Origin: Octopus sinensis
Lineage: Eukaryota
Assembly: GCF_006345805.1 (NCBI RefSeq)
Contig: NC_043005.1
Location: forward strand, 105,028,001-105,092,000
Direction: 5' to 3'
DNA length: 64,000 nucleotides
Part shown: in pieces, positions 26,727 to 40,047 of the stretch
Position numbering within the stretch: the stretch's first letter is position 1
Layout of the letters: each line of letters opens with the position of its first letter
Notes under the pieces: model-generated
Seen by the model: the letters and a program-made list of their open reading frames with translations, nothing else
Databases searched by the model: none
What the model was told of the DNA's origin: nothing
Position numbers and translations under genes: made by a program

Positions 26727-28481
26727 TATAATATATATATACACGACAGGCTTCTATCAGTTTCCGTCTACCAAATCCACTTACAAGGCTTTGGTATGCA
26801 CGAATTCAGTGGACTGAACCCGGAACAATGTCATTGGGAAGCAAGCGTCTTACCACACAACCACGCGATGAACTATTATTCATTGTTTTATGTATATTCG
26901 CGGATATTCCATAAAAGCGGCTTATTTCCATATAGCTCGATTCTTCGAAAATTACCATTTGAATACTACGTCCTCTCCTGTGTGGAAGATTAAAACATCG
27001 TATTTGAATGGTTGGCCTCGGAGTAACACTTCGGTAATGGTATAAGGATACTCCGGATTACGGTAAATACGTAGCTTGAGTCTGGTGGATTGGTTGAACG
27101 TTTTTTTTTTTTTTTCCACTGAAGAAGAATTTTTACCATTTATGTTATAAACTATTATTTATAGCTACATTTGCATTCATGATATTTCGTAAAAGAAATT
27201 TATTTTCATGGTTTTTCGGTGATCTAAATGTAAATAAAAAAATTATATGTTTTTCCTCACTAAAAATGTAATTTCAATTAATCACATCTTGCCCGACTAT
27301 ATCAAGTGTGTTAATCCATCCCCTGCAGCGCACACTGCTTACTAGACCATTGAGGAATTAATTTTCGTGTATACAAATCGAAACTTTGGAATGACGTCAC
27401 CAGTAAACTTACTGTATTCACAACCGGAACACTTCTCATCTCTCGCTCTCTTTGTCTCTCATTTTAGCAATACATGTAGGATGAACAAAAGCGGAGGAGC
27501 AATGCATAATATTATGCATTATACATCTATGAGCTTGTCATTAATGTTTGTCCCAAAAGCGAAATGCCATAAATTGGCTGCCAGATTTTAGTTGAGAAAC
27601 CGATTTAAGTAATGGGACATGCTTCCGTCGATTCCGAAAGGACAGAAGGTACAGTTGACCTTGGCCGCATTTGAAACCAGAATTTGAAAGTCAAAAGAAA
27701 CGATGCAACGCGTTTCCTGACTTTCTACAAATTTCCCCAATTCACTGCATTATTAACTTGCAATAACACTTAGTCTTGTAGTTTTAATAGTAAGCACAAA
27801 ATCTACCGTAATCTAGTAAACCTGTAACTAAAGGCAATTGAACCCGTGTCCACATCGTCTTTTTATAGGGATTTGCGAGTGATTGGAGGGAAATTAGATT
27901 GTTTCTATTTTTCAAACAAGTTCAGTGACCACCGTCGTTGTTGTTTTCCTTCTTGTGACATATTATTGTTATTTAGCCCAAGGTTAGCTCTGGTTGACGA
28001 GACCTATAATCATGAGCATTTAAGCTGTGACCATCTCATCGTTTTGTACACTAAACCAACGACTTAATAATCCAACATGTCAGTTTCTAAGATGACAATA
28101 CGATTTAGATTCGATTTCTATTTCTATTTCTAGTACACTTTCATTCATTAGCTGTCTCCGATCGAGCTGTAGCATAATCAAAAGCGTACCAACCGTGATC
28201 AAATCATCGATGAGGATGATATACTATAAAAGTACATCCTCGTTATACGGTGACCCTATTAACGTTTCAACAAAGGGGAATCTATGTAAATGAAGGAACA
28301 CAAAACGCAACTCTAACTTGAGATAGACATTTTTCTTTGCGATAATTCAATTGTAAATGGGTCTTTATGCTCCATCCTAGTATCGAATAAGAGTTTTCTG
28401 TAGATTTCTCTTCAGTGCAGAATATAGAACGTTTCGATAACATGTAGTCAGATGATCAGTGAATATTTCAAGGGTTATTTA

Positions 28482-30323
28482 GGAGGAGAAGTAAAAAATT
28501 GTCCGCACTTCGTCAAAACTTTCTTTAGGTTGACCCCACTACTTTCGGCGCGCGCGTGCTAAGAATACTTGTTCTTGAGGTTACGTAACTGAGGTTTCAC
28601 CTTGATCGCTCTTAGTTTTCTTTCTTATGCTACAGAGGAAACATGGCTGCTCCGCTGGCTGTGTGCACCGTGTGACCCAATTTGTCTGCTCCGAAGGTAT
28701 GTCAGGGGCAGAAACTCTTCGCAGACTTTCAATAAAATACGGGTACAGCGCTCTCTCGCGCAGAAGTGCATATGAGCGGATCGAGAAGTTTAAAAATGAC
28801 CAGACAACGAGAAGCACGAAGAGACGGCAGGACACGCAACACCCTCCACCACTGATGTGAAGATACAATAAGCTCGAGAGATGGATCTGGCGAACTGACG
28901 AATGATCATCGATGAGATGGCATGTTCTCAGCAGATTAGTCATGGTTCTGCATACAAAATTATACCCGACAAGCCTAACTTCCATAAAGTCTGTGCCAGA
29001 TGTGTCCCAAGAGAGCTACCGGGCACATAAGCGCAATAGTGTGAAGATCTGTAAACGCTTAAGCGACCTCTACAATGATGTAGGCGAAGCTTTTGTGAGG
29101 AAAATAATCACAGAAGTTGAAACTTGGGTCTGTTACTCTGGGCCAGAATCCAAAAGGAGTGGAAGCAACTGGAATCGCCAGCGTAACAAAAAATCAAAAC
29201 TCAAACTTCCATAGAAAAAGTGACGCTGAAGAGCCTATATCGGAACATTACCTCGAAAAGGGTCTACAATCAGCAGTGTAGGCTATAGTGAAATGCTGGC
29301 CAACAAACTGAAACCATCAATTTGCACCAAACGCCGATGTCTATTGCCAAAGCAAGCGTTATTGTTGTACAATAATGCACGCCCACATACAGACGGCCAC
29401 ACCTTTGAAACCATTGGAAAACTGGGTTTTGTGTTGCTGGAACATTCTGGGTACAGTCCAGATTTCGCCCCTACAGACTATCACCTCTTTGGACAATTTG
29501 CTACGAACGAAGAAGCGTAGGAAGCAGTGCATAAATGCATGATCAGCTGAAAACCTTCTTCGATGGAATAAGGAAGCTTGTGGACCGCTGGAATAAGTGC
29601 AGCGAATGGCGGCGAGCTGCCAGAACGTAGCGGCAGTATTTCGTCTGCCGTTACATTCTGAGTTCAAATTCCACCGAGGTCGACTTTGCCTTTCATCCTT
29701 TCGGGGTCGATAAATTAAGTACCAGTTACGAGCTGGAGTCGATATAATCGACTTACTTCCTTTGTCTGTCCTTGTTTGTCCTCTCTGGGTTTAGCCCCTT
29801 GTGGGTAGTAAAGAAATAGGTATTTCATCTGCCGTTACGTTCTGAGTTCCAATTCCGCCGTGGTCGACTTTGCCTTTCATCCTTTCGGGGTCGATTAAAT
29901 AAGTACCAGTTACGCACTGGGGTCGATGTAATCGACTTAATCCCTTTGTCTGTCCTTGTTTGTCCCCTCTGTGTTTAACCCCTTGTGGGTAGTAAAGAAA
30001 TAAGAAACGTTAGCTCGCTTAGCAGCATTTCGTCTGTTTTTACGTCCTGGGTTCAAATTCCGCCGAGGTCAACTTTGCCTTTCATTCTTCTGGAGCCGAT
30101 AAATTAAGTACCAGTTGCGTACTGGGGTCGATCTTATCGACTGCCCCTCCCCCTCTCCCCCTCCCCCCCAAAACATTTCGGGCCTTGTGCCTAGAGTAGA
30201 AAAGGAATAAGTACATCGAAAAACAAAGAGATAATGTCAAAAGATAATGTAATTGTTCCACCCATGAATTTGTTTTAATAAGTTATAGAAACGAGAGTGT
30301 GTACGATTTTTTACTCAGCCTTG
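28482..30323 (+). mobile_element. Degenerate mariner (DD34D-type) transposon interrupted by a SINE trimer
   Basis: Imperfect TIRs (ggaggagaagtaaaaaattgtccgcact / agtgtgtacgattttttactcagccttg) with flanking TA; peptides MAAPLAVCT, EGMSGAE..YERIEKFKN, HKVCAR, IITEVETWV, YNNARPHT, HSGYSPDFAPTDYHLFG, KLVDRWNK; ~1.23 kb without the insertion. Confidence 0.9.
29607..30203 (+). mobile_element. Trimer of SINE family A units inside the mariner
   Basis: Three core repeats; whole block flanked by ggaataagtgcagcgaa (29590-29606) and ggaataagtacatcgaa (30204-30220). Confidence 0.88.
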
Positions 30324-31094
30324 TATTACTAGCTTTTTTTTTTGTCGTGTTCCGATGACTCAATTCGCAGATTTTGGCAGATCCATGTGATCTCCGTAAA
30401 TTCAGATGGAAGGCAAGTAACGTAATTAATGATTATTTTTTTCTTTTCGATTGTTTTGGGTTTTAGTTCGATTCTCAAGGAAATAACAACGTAGTCGCTT
30501 GTTTAGAGACACCGATGCAGTTTTATGAGTACACTTATATTTCAGAATATTTCTCTTGATGATTGCTGGTCTTTCGCATTCAGACAAAGTTCTCAATTCC
30601 TGAAATTGGGTTTAATTGTCGTATACTCGGAGGTGGAAGGTGAGATAATACTCTCTACTGAGTCATACCTTATAATTCTTTATATACAATTATATATACA
30701 CTTAACTGAGCCATTTGGGTAGAATTAGCAGTTTGTCGGGGGACGGTGAATATCTAAATATTATACTTGGTCAAGACGCCTAATGATACAGTATACTTCA
30801 CTGCAATAAAGTGTACCAATTTAGCAATAACTCTGAGTCTAAAGAGCAGTACACAAGCAGAACTCATTAGTGTTTACTACTACGATGCCAACACTAAATA
30901 CCGTAGTGTGTATAACATAGTGCGGAGTGTTCTACCAATGGCATAAGCCTAGATTCTATGTAAGAATGGCACGTGGGAAAATGAATAGCATCTGCCCCTA
31001 CAAGAAACAGTGTTTAAATGTCCCTTAAATTGCACCATACCTTCTTATAAATGAACGAACGCTTTACATAATGTGGTCATAGGCAAATGAAATA

Positions 31095-31166
31095 GGATAG
31101 CTACGCCTGGACCGTCTTTCATAATGGGCCTATTTGTTCAGAGCTGATCTAGGACTAAACAACAAC
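31095..31166 (+). repeat. Short retroposon-like 3' tail ending in (AAC)n; related copies at 27967-28042 (-), 28150-28210 (-), 31775-31850 (+), 55785-55866 (+)
   Basis: Shared degenerate motif ttgatcata.gt....tcgatc.g.g....cc.ggggctaaacaac. Confidence 0.55.
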
Positions 31167-31379
31167 ATAACATAAAGTTGACATGGTCCTCTATGCTGGT
31201 TATTGGACTTAGCTTATATAAAAACAACTGACTGTGTAAGCAAGCCAACAATAAGGTCATAATGCAGTTGATAGATCTACTAAAAATAACAACCATATCG
31301 TTCTCAAATAACAGACTAACCATCTCTTTTAGGAAGATAACATTACACAATTTAGTCCTTGGTATATTATTACTTAAAT

Positions 31380-31750
31380 GGAGGTGAGATGGCCCAGTGG
31401 TTAGGGCAGCGGGCTCGCGGTCATAGGATCGCGGTTTCGATTCCCAGACCGGGTGTTGTGAGTGTTTATTGAGCGAAAACACCTAAGGCTCCACGAGGCT
31501 CCGGCAAGGGATGGTGGTGATCCCTGCTGTACTCTTTCACCACAACTTTCTCTCACTCTTACTCCTGTTTCTTTTACCTGTATTTCAAAGGGCCAGCCTG
31601 TCACTCTCTGTGTCACGCTGAATATCCCGAGAACTACGTTACGGGTACACGTGCCTGTGGAGTGCTCAGCCACTTACACGTTAATTTCACGAGCAGGCTG
31701 TTTCGTTGATTCGGATCAACCGGAACCCTCGTCGTAACTGACGGAGTGAA
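31380..31750 (+). mobile_element. tRNA-derived SINE family C, full length
   Basis: Head tggcccagtggttagggcagcgg..gtttcgattccc; 3' end ggaaccctcgtcgtaactgacggagtg, also seen inverted at ~59985-60022. Confidence 0.88.
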
Positions 31751-32194
31751 AGAGAGATTACTTAAATCAAGACATGTTGGTGGTCACAACCTGAATGTCT
31801 TTGATCATTAGTCAGCTCATCAGGATTGAGCTTAGGTTAAACACCACCAACAACTGCAACAATTTTATCTGATTCTATAATCAATCGCAGTAAAGGATCG
31901 ATGCAAGATCAACTTGATTACCATTGACTTTCAGATTTTCATGAAAAACTGAATAATGTGGGGTGAAGTTCATGCATTTCTTTTACACGGTCATCGATAA
32001 GACACACAAAGAAATGATGTTCTAATTGAAATTCAAACCTGGGACTTGAACAATTCGCTCATTAAAAAACTCTGCAGACTTGATTTAATAGAATATTCCA
32101 GATGAAGGCTCAGTAATATATGACGATGTACATAAAGGATCGCTAGAAAGAAGCGGCAAATAAAAAAAACCATGTATACATATGAGAGCGCGAT

Positions 32195-32229
<35 letters not shown>

Positions 32230-32231
32230 GT

Positions 32232-32272
<41 letters not shown>

Positions 32273-32697
32273 ATATATATGTGTGTGTGTATATATATAT
32301 GTATATAAAGTTAATCCAAACAAGAAAACACAAAAAACAAAAAAAACACAGCAACGCGAGGACGTGGAACAAATAAAGTATTATTGGACGCTCTTCGTCA
32401 GAAACATAGGAGAAAGAAAGATCCCGAGTAGGGAAGACAGAGGGATAAAAAGCATATATATATATATATACATATATATAAATGTATATATATATATATT
32501 TGTAAAACCTATCCATTCTTGTTGCTTCTTTCTCGCGTATATATTTGTATGTATATATATATGTATATACATATATGTATGTATATTATTTATCTAAAGG
32601 ACACACCACATGTCTTTAAGTGCTACCAATAGTTTCATATGTTGAGAAATATCCCAAACATTGTCTTCAAGCACAAACCACATATTAACGAACTAAA

Positions 32698-32770
<73 letters not shown>

Positions 32771-33191
32771 GTATTTGTGTGTGTATGTATATGTATTTAT
32801 ACGTGTGTATATATATATGTATATATATATAGTGTGTGTATATAATATATATATATATAATATATATTTGCATTTATGTATCTATGTATATTGAGCACTT
32901 GCGTTCTTGTGCGCGTGCGCGCATGTGTGTAAGTGAGTGAGTGGGTGAGTGGGTGAGTGAATGTATGTAATCATTATTGGGAGAGTAAGTATTCACTTTC
33001 CGCATGCCTCCTCCTCTAAATTATCTTCTATACTTCAGTGGACAGTCGACTTCTAACTAATTCAAGTAAATTGCAACTGACACTAAACCATCTTTCCGTC
33101 TTCATCATCAAATTGATTCGGTTCTTGCCGCCAGTGATACACTGAAGTTTTCTACAGCTAACAGATTAACACGCGCGCGCGTACACACACA

Positions 33192-33232
<41 letters not shown>

Positions 33233-33281
33233 CCATTCACGTACACACATATAGCCCCGGAAATATACGCAGAACCATACA

Positions 33282-33317
<36 letters not shown>

Positions 33318-33366
33318 GAGAAAGAGAGAGAAAGAGAGATAGAGAGAGAGAGAGAAAGAGAGGTAG

Positions 33367-33410
<44 letters not shown>

Positions 33411-34018
33411 AAGATAGATAGATAGATAATATGTATACCTATATACATAATACATAGCATATGTGTTTCTCCGAACACGTATATATATTGCAAAATAAGA
33501 ATGTATACATACATATATATGTGTGTATATACATGTATGTGTGGATGCATGTGTATTTGTATACGTATAGATATAGGCCTATATAAGCACGCATAAATAA
33601 TCCCGACACTACCACAATCTGGACATAGGCTGGAATCGAGATCGCGCATGAATGGATGCACGGAGTATCGTTTTCTGCTTAGATTTTCTGCTCATTTTCT
33701 GCTTAGATTTCGAATTCAGATATATCCATCAACGGGTTATAAACGTTTTTACATCACTTCGCCACAGGCGTACACTAACATAAGCATATTATGTGTGTGT
33801 GTGTGTGTGTGTGTGAATTTGTGTGAATGCGTGTCTTTTTGTGTATATGAATATGTATGAATACGCACAAACACACACATGCATTCATACATAGTCAAGA
33901 AATTCCGTGACTTAAGACACATTTAAAATACTCAACCATAATATAAAATACACATATACATATTTATATGTTTGCATGTGTGTATTTATGTATGTATATA
34001 TACACATATATATATATG

Positions 34019-34066
<48 letters not shown>

Positions 34067-34099
34067 CATATATATATATATATTATATATTATATATAT

Positions 34100-34131
<32 letters not shown>

Positions 34132-34199
34132 TACGTGTATATGCTTATATATACACATATATATATAGATTTTAATGCATTCGTGTATATATATACGAC

Positions 34200-34248
<49 letters not shown>

Positions 34249-34396
34249 TATATCCATATATATATATATAATATATTATGCATATATATATATGTGTGTG
34301 TGTATATATATATATATACACACACACACGCACGCACATATATATATATATACACACACACACACATATATATATATATACATATATGTATATATA

Positions 34397-35503
34397 TGCA
34401 TACAGAAACACATATATGTATACATACATACATACATATACATATGTATGTATGTATGTGTTTCTGTATGTATGCATGTATGTATGCATGTATGTATGTA
34501 TGTATGTATGTATGTATGTATGTATGCATGCGTACATAGCTGTGTACGTATAAACATGTCCCTTTGAAAAGATCATGTGCATGCTGCCATATAAAGCATG
34601 TGTCATGAAATCTAACAAGGCCATCTGTGAGCGCTAATGAAAGAATCTGCTGTATCCTTACATTTGATGAGGATTCCCTGGGTGTTGATATACCTAACGG
34701 CGACGAAATGTAATCATTTGAGATTCCAGTTCTTATAAGCTGCTCGTAGCATTAATTGCGTTATGAACGACGCCGGAGCACACACACACACACACATCTA
34801 CAAATAGATATACTTAAATACAGACATACATATCAGTATATGTATGAGTGTATATATATATATTCATGGATAAATGTATGTAAGTATATATATGTATATA
34901 ATTGTTTCTAAAAATACATTAGGCATGCACTTTGAAGAAAGAAATCAACGAGAATGTACCGTGAATTGGGGTTATATCTTTAACATGAATATAAAACTTT
35001 TCAACGCTCTCTCTCTCTCTTTCTTTCTCCGTCTCCTTCTTCATCTCTCTATTTCTCCCCCATTCTCTCTCACACACAAACATACACGTATATACCAATA
35101 TATGTGTGAATATAAACGCAAATATATTCGTACACATATATGTAAACATATATGTAAATATATACAAATAAATATATATATTATATATATATACATACAC
35201 TACACATACACAAACACATACATGTGTGGTGTGTGTGTGTGTGTGTGGACATACGCACACATATATTCGTATTAAATTGTGGTATGACGCCCTTATGTTA
35301 TGCCCATCGACTGCTTCATTCACATCGTCTATCAGCAAAATTTTTGTTTAACATTCGACCTTTTCCTTGTCAAATTAATTTGCATTCTATCTATATGTAC
35401 TGTGCAGGTTTGTAGTGAATTTCTGATCAAGGTATTTAAATTTTTTTTTTTTATATCTAGAAACATAAAGCACGAAAATATATATGATATATGATATATA
35501 CAT

Positions 35504-35534
<31 letters not shown>

Positions 35535-36700
35535 CATATATGTATAATATGCATAAGAAACACATATATGTATACATACATACATACATATACATATGTA
35601 TGTATGTATGTGTTTCTGTATGTATGCATGTATGTATGCATGTATGTATGTATGTATGTATGTATGTATGTATGTATGTATGCATGCGTACATAGCTGTG
35701 TACGTATAAACATGTCCTTTGAAAAGATCATGTGCATGCTGCCATATAAGCATGTGTCATGAAATCTAACAAGGCCATCTGTGAGCGCTAATGAAAGAAT
35801 CTGCTGTATCCTTACTTTGATGGGATTCCCTGGGTGTTGATATACCTAAGGCGACGAAATGTAATCATTTGAGATTCCAGTTCTTAATAGCTGCTCGTAG
35901 CATTAATTGCGTTATGAACGACGCCGGAGCACACACACACACACACATCTACAAATAGATATACTTAAATACAGACATACATATCAGTATATGTATGAGT
36001 GTATATATATATATTCATGGATAAATGTATGTAAGTATATATATGTATATAATTGTTTCTAAAAATACATTAGGCATGCACTTTGAAGAAGAAATCAACG
36101 AGAATGTACCGTGAATTGGGGTTATATCTTTAAAACATGAATATAAAACTTTTCAACGCTCTCTCTCTCTCTTTCTTTTCTCTCCGTCTCCGTCTCCTTC
36201 TTCATCTCCTCTATTTCTCCCCCATTCTCTCTCACACACAAACATACACGTATATACCAATATATGTGTGAATATAAACGCAAATATATTCGTACACATA
36301 TATGTAAACATATATGTAAATATATACAAATAACATATATATATATATATATATATACATACACATACACATACACACACATACATGTGTGTGTGTGTGT
36401 GTGTGTGTGGACATACGCACACATATATTCGTATTAAATTGTGGTATGACGCCCTTTATGTTATGCCCATCGACTGCTTCATTTCACATCGTCTATCAGC
36501 AAAATTTTTGTTTAACATTCGACCTTTTCCTGTGCAAATTACAATTTGCATTCTATCTATATGTACTGTGCAGGTTTGTAGTGAATTTCTGATCAAGGTA
36601 TTTAAATTTTTTTTTTTTATATCTAGAAACATAAAGCACGAAAATATATATGATATATGATATATACATACCCACACACACATATATATATAATATACAT
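34397..36700 (+). repeat. Tandem duplication, ~1.15-kb unit x2 (possible assembly artefact)
   Basis: 34397-35548 repeated at 35549-36700; differences are mostly 1-bp indels. Confidence 0.92.
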
Positions 36701-36712
36701 ATATATAATATG

Positions 36713-36751
<39 letters not shown>

Positions 36752-36886
36752 GTATATATATATATATATATATATCTCTATAAACGTGAATTTATAATAA
36801 AAAAATATCATATGTATGAGTGTCTGTGTGCACATGTGTGTAGTTATATATATATATATATATATTATATATAGATATATACATAC

Positions 36887-36954
<68 letters not shown>

Positions 36955-36961
36955 GTATATA

Positions 36962-37021
<60 letters not shown>

Positions 37022-37090
37022 CTTATAAACGTGAATTTTATTAATAAAAAAATATCATATGTATGAGGTCTGTGTGCACAGTGTGTATAT

Positions 37091-37126
<36 letters not shown>

Positions 37127-37131
37127 CATAC

Positions 37132-37183
<52 letters not shown>

Positions 37184-37337
37184 TATATATATAATATATA
37201 TAATGTATGTATGTATGATGTATGTATGTATGTATGTATACACATGTGCACACAGACGCTCATACATACATATGATATTTTTAATTAATAAAATTCACGT
37301 TTATAATATACTTCTGTACCACAAGCAAATTGTTATC

Positions 37338-37386
<49 letters not shown>

Positions 37387-37579
37387 GTGTGTGTGTGCCC
37401 GCGCGCAACATGCATCTCTGCATTATTAAACATGACTTTGAAATACCGTAGTTCCCTCGTTAAAACGGTTTATGCATTTTGCCAAATTCTGAATAACATC
37501 TCCTAAGGTGATGTGGAAAACGTTGTTAACACGACGTAATGTAAATTTTAACGACTCCTTGTAGACATTATACTTATGA

Positions 37580-37869
37580 GCATGAAAATGTGGCCAGTGT
37601 TTAGTGTTACCGCATGAAAATGTGGCCAGTGTTTAGTGTTACCGCATGAAAATGTGGCCAGTGTTTAGTGTTGCCGCGTGAAAATGTGGCCAGTGTTTAG
37701 TGTTGCCGCGTGAAAATGTGGCCAGTGTTTAGTGTTGCCGCGTGAAAATGTGGCCAGTGTTTAGTGTTGCCGCATGAAAATGTGGCCAGTGTTTAGTGTT
37801 GCCGCATGAAAATGTGGCCAGTGTTTAGTGTTGCCGCGTGAAAATGTGGCCAGTGTTTAGTGTTGCCGC
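37580..37869 (+). repeat. Minisatellite, 9 x 32 bp (gcrtgaaaatgtggccagtgtttagtgttrcc)
   Basis: Units start at 37580, 37612 ... 37836; only two variable positions; no spacers. Confidence 0.97.
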
Positions 37870-38226
37870 TTGCTGAACCTATCATACTAATAGCATAGAA
37901 ATGTTTCTGCTTTATTTTTTTAAAGATTACGAAGTAAAGGTTGCAAGCTTGAAAGGGGCATGAGTTAAATTTACCAGGGAATCTGCGAATGAATATTGGA
38001 CACATTGAATGTTTGATTGAAACTTGCTGGTGTTTTCCGGCATCAAATTGTCTTCTTATGTATATTTATAAACCTAGTTCCATTGCAAGCTTTGTGTTTT
38101 GTGTAGTATGACAGCCATTTTACTTCCAATGGTTCTGAATTTAAGACTGACCAGTATAACCTTGGTGTGAAGAAGAGGGACGTGTTCCGCTTTAATGATA
38201 AAGATATAGTGTATTGACAGCAAGGG

Positions 38227-38488
38227 AAGGTGGCGAGCTGGCAGAAACGTTAGCGCACCAGGTGAAATGCTTAGCGGTATTTTGTCTGCCGGGCGAAATG
38301 CTTAGCGGTATTTCGTCTGCGTTACGTTGTGAGCTCAAATTCCGCCGAGGTCGACTTTGCCTTTCATCCTTTCGGGGTCGATAAATTTTGTACCAGTTAT
38401 GCACTGGGGTTGATATAATCGACTTAAACAGTTTGTCTGTCCTTGTTTGTCCTCTCTGTGTTTAGCCCCTTGTGGGTAGTAAAGAAAT
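38227..38488 (+). mobile_element. SINE family A with TSD and a ~31-bp internal duplication in the head
   Basis: TSD gtattgacagcaa at 38211-38223 and 38491-38503. Confidence 0.9.
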
Positions 38489-38979
38489 TGGTATTGACAG
38501 CAAAGGGTAAACACGGGTTGGGGTAAACAAATTTGGGGATGTATAATGCGTTAGTTAGAACAATTATGAGCACAGTTGGTGACTGTGCGTAGAAAGGTAC
38601 ATGTGTATTAATTTCAGATGTGCTGACAAGTTAATATAAACTGTATCAGGATTAAACTGGAGAGAGATTTCTCTCTTTAAAGGGAAGATTGCAACTGAAT
38701 TAGAATTCCAAAAGTCACCATGGCAGTCAAAATAATTCTCTGTATTAGAGGTGGGGCTGTAACTAAAGCCAAAATTGTTGTTCCGAAGTATCTCGGTGTT
38801 TTGAAAAAGTAAAATAAAATAACTGAAAAATGTTATGACAATAAAAGAATACGAAATGTCGAGGAATCAGTCCTCCTCCGGGAAATTCTTGAACCTGTTT
38901 ATCGATGTAAAAAACAGAAACGTTATAAAGTACTTTTTGCCTTGTATTGATAATCCCTCTCTAACTCACTAATAACCCT

Positions 38980-39020
<41 letters not shown>

Positions 39021-39109
39021 TTTCTTTCTTTCTTTCTCTCTCTCTCTCTTTCATTATGCACCTATCTTCGTCTTTTGTTTTTCTGTAAATTTCAACTATA
39101 TTAATATCT

Positions 39110-39818
39110 ATCGTAACATATAGTTGCCAACCAAGTGAGGCGTCCTATATAGGACAGTGCTACTGACGTTTATAGCCCCAGGAAGACATCTCTTCCGGCT
39201 GGCTAACGACACACATTCTGTGTCCGATGGTAGATTATCGATCCTATCTCTAACTTTACGTAATACACACGGACTCGAGTTTCTGAGTAGTTACCCGTCC
39301 TCAGCCTGTATTAATCACCTGCTAGTGACGAAAACTCATTCCACTCGCAAAATACTATATGCTTTTTCCAGCGACGAACCATCGCTGATCAAGAGAAAGG
39401 AGAAATAAGCTATATCAAATCTCTGAGCGAGATATAAACAGTAGGAATATGGAATTTTAACATATGACTGCCAACCAAGTGCGCTAACCGAGTGTGCCAA
39501 CCAAGAGTGCCAACCAAGAGCTACTGACGTTTATTGCCCCAGGAAGACATCTCTTCCAGTTGGCTAACGACACACATTCTGTGTTCGATTAGTATTTATG
39601 ATTAACATACGCTAAGGATGGGTAACCACCCAGAAACTCGAGTCCGTGGGTATCACGTAAGGCTAGAGATGGGAGCGATGACCTCCCCTCACAAATACTA
39701 ATCGGGCACAGAATGTGTGTCGTTAGCCAGCTGGAATAGCTGTCTTCCTGGGCCATAAACGTCAGTAGCACTGTCCTGTATGGGATGCCACGCTTGGTTG
39801 GTAATTATATGTTACGAT
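39110..39818. repeat. Three copies (direct, partial direct, inverted) of a ~210-bp repeat forming a foldback
   Basis: 39110-39320, 39458-39600 and reverse-complement 39600-39818 share gctactgacgtttat.gcccaggaagaca..ggctaacgacacacattctgtg. Confidence 0.9.
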
Positions 39819-39863
39819 TCCGTGTTGCTACTGTTTATATCTTCCTAAGAGATTTAATATAGC

Positions 39864-40005
<142 letters not shown>

Positions 40006-40047
40006 TAAAGCTTTTTTTATTCTCTCTTTGTTTATTTCATCGTGTTC

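Larger units (their letters stand above)
25375..26865 (-). mobile_element. SINE family B split by nested insertions
   Basis: Tail at 25375-25560, head at 26742-26865; the mariner foldback and AT palindrome lie in its internal microsatellite. Confidence 0.75.

Noticed and set aside
27391-27445. Perfect CRE palindrome TGACGTCA next to a minus-strand GTAAGT donor and short ORF MRSVPVVNT
   Set aside because: An 8-mer and a lone donor are expected by chance; no acceptor or promoter context
34655-34695. 33-nt minus-strand exon candidate (tag|gtatatc..aaat|gtaagg)
   Set aside because: Weak acceptor, and the second copy in the duplicated block has frame-breaking indels
37580-37869. CRISPR-like array of 32-bp repeats
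   Set aside because: Units are contiguous with no spacers, there are no cas genes, and the context is eukaryotic
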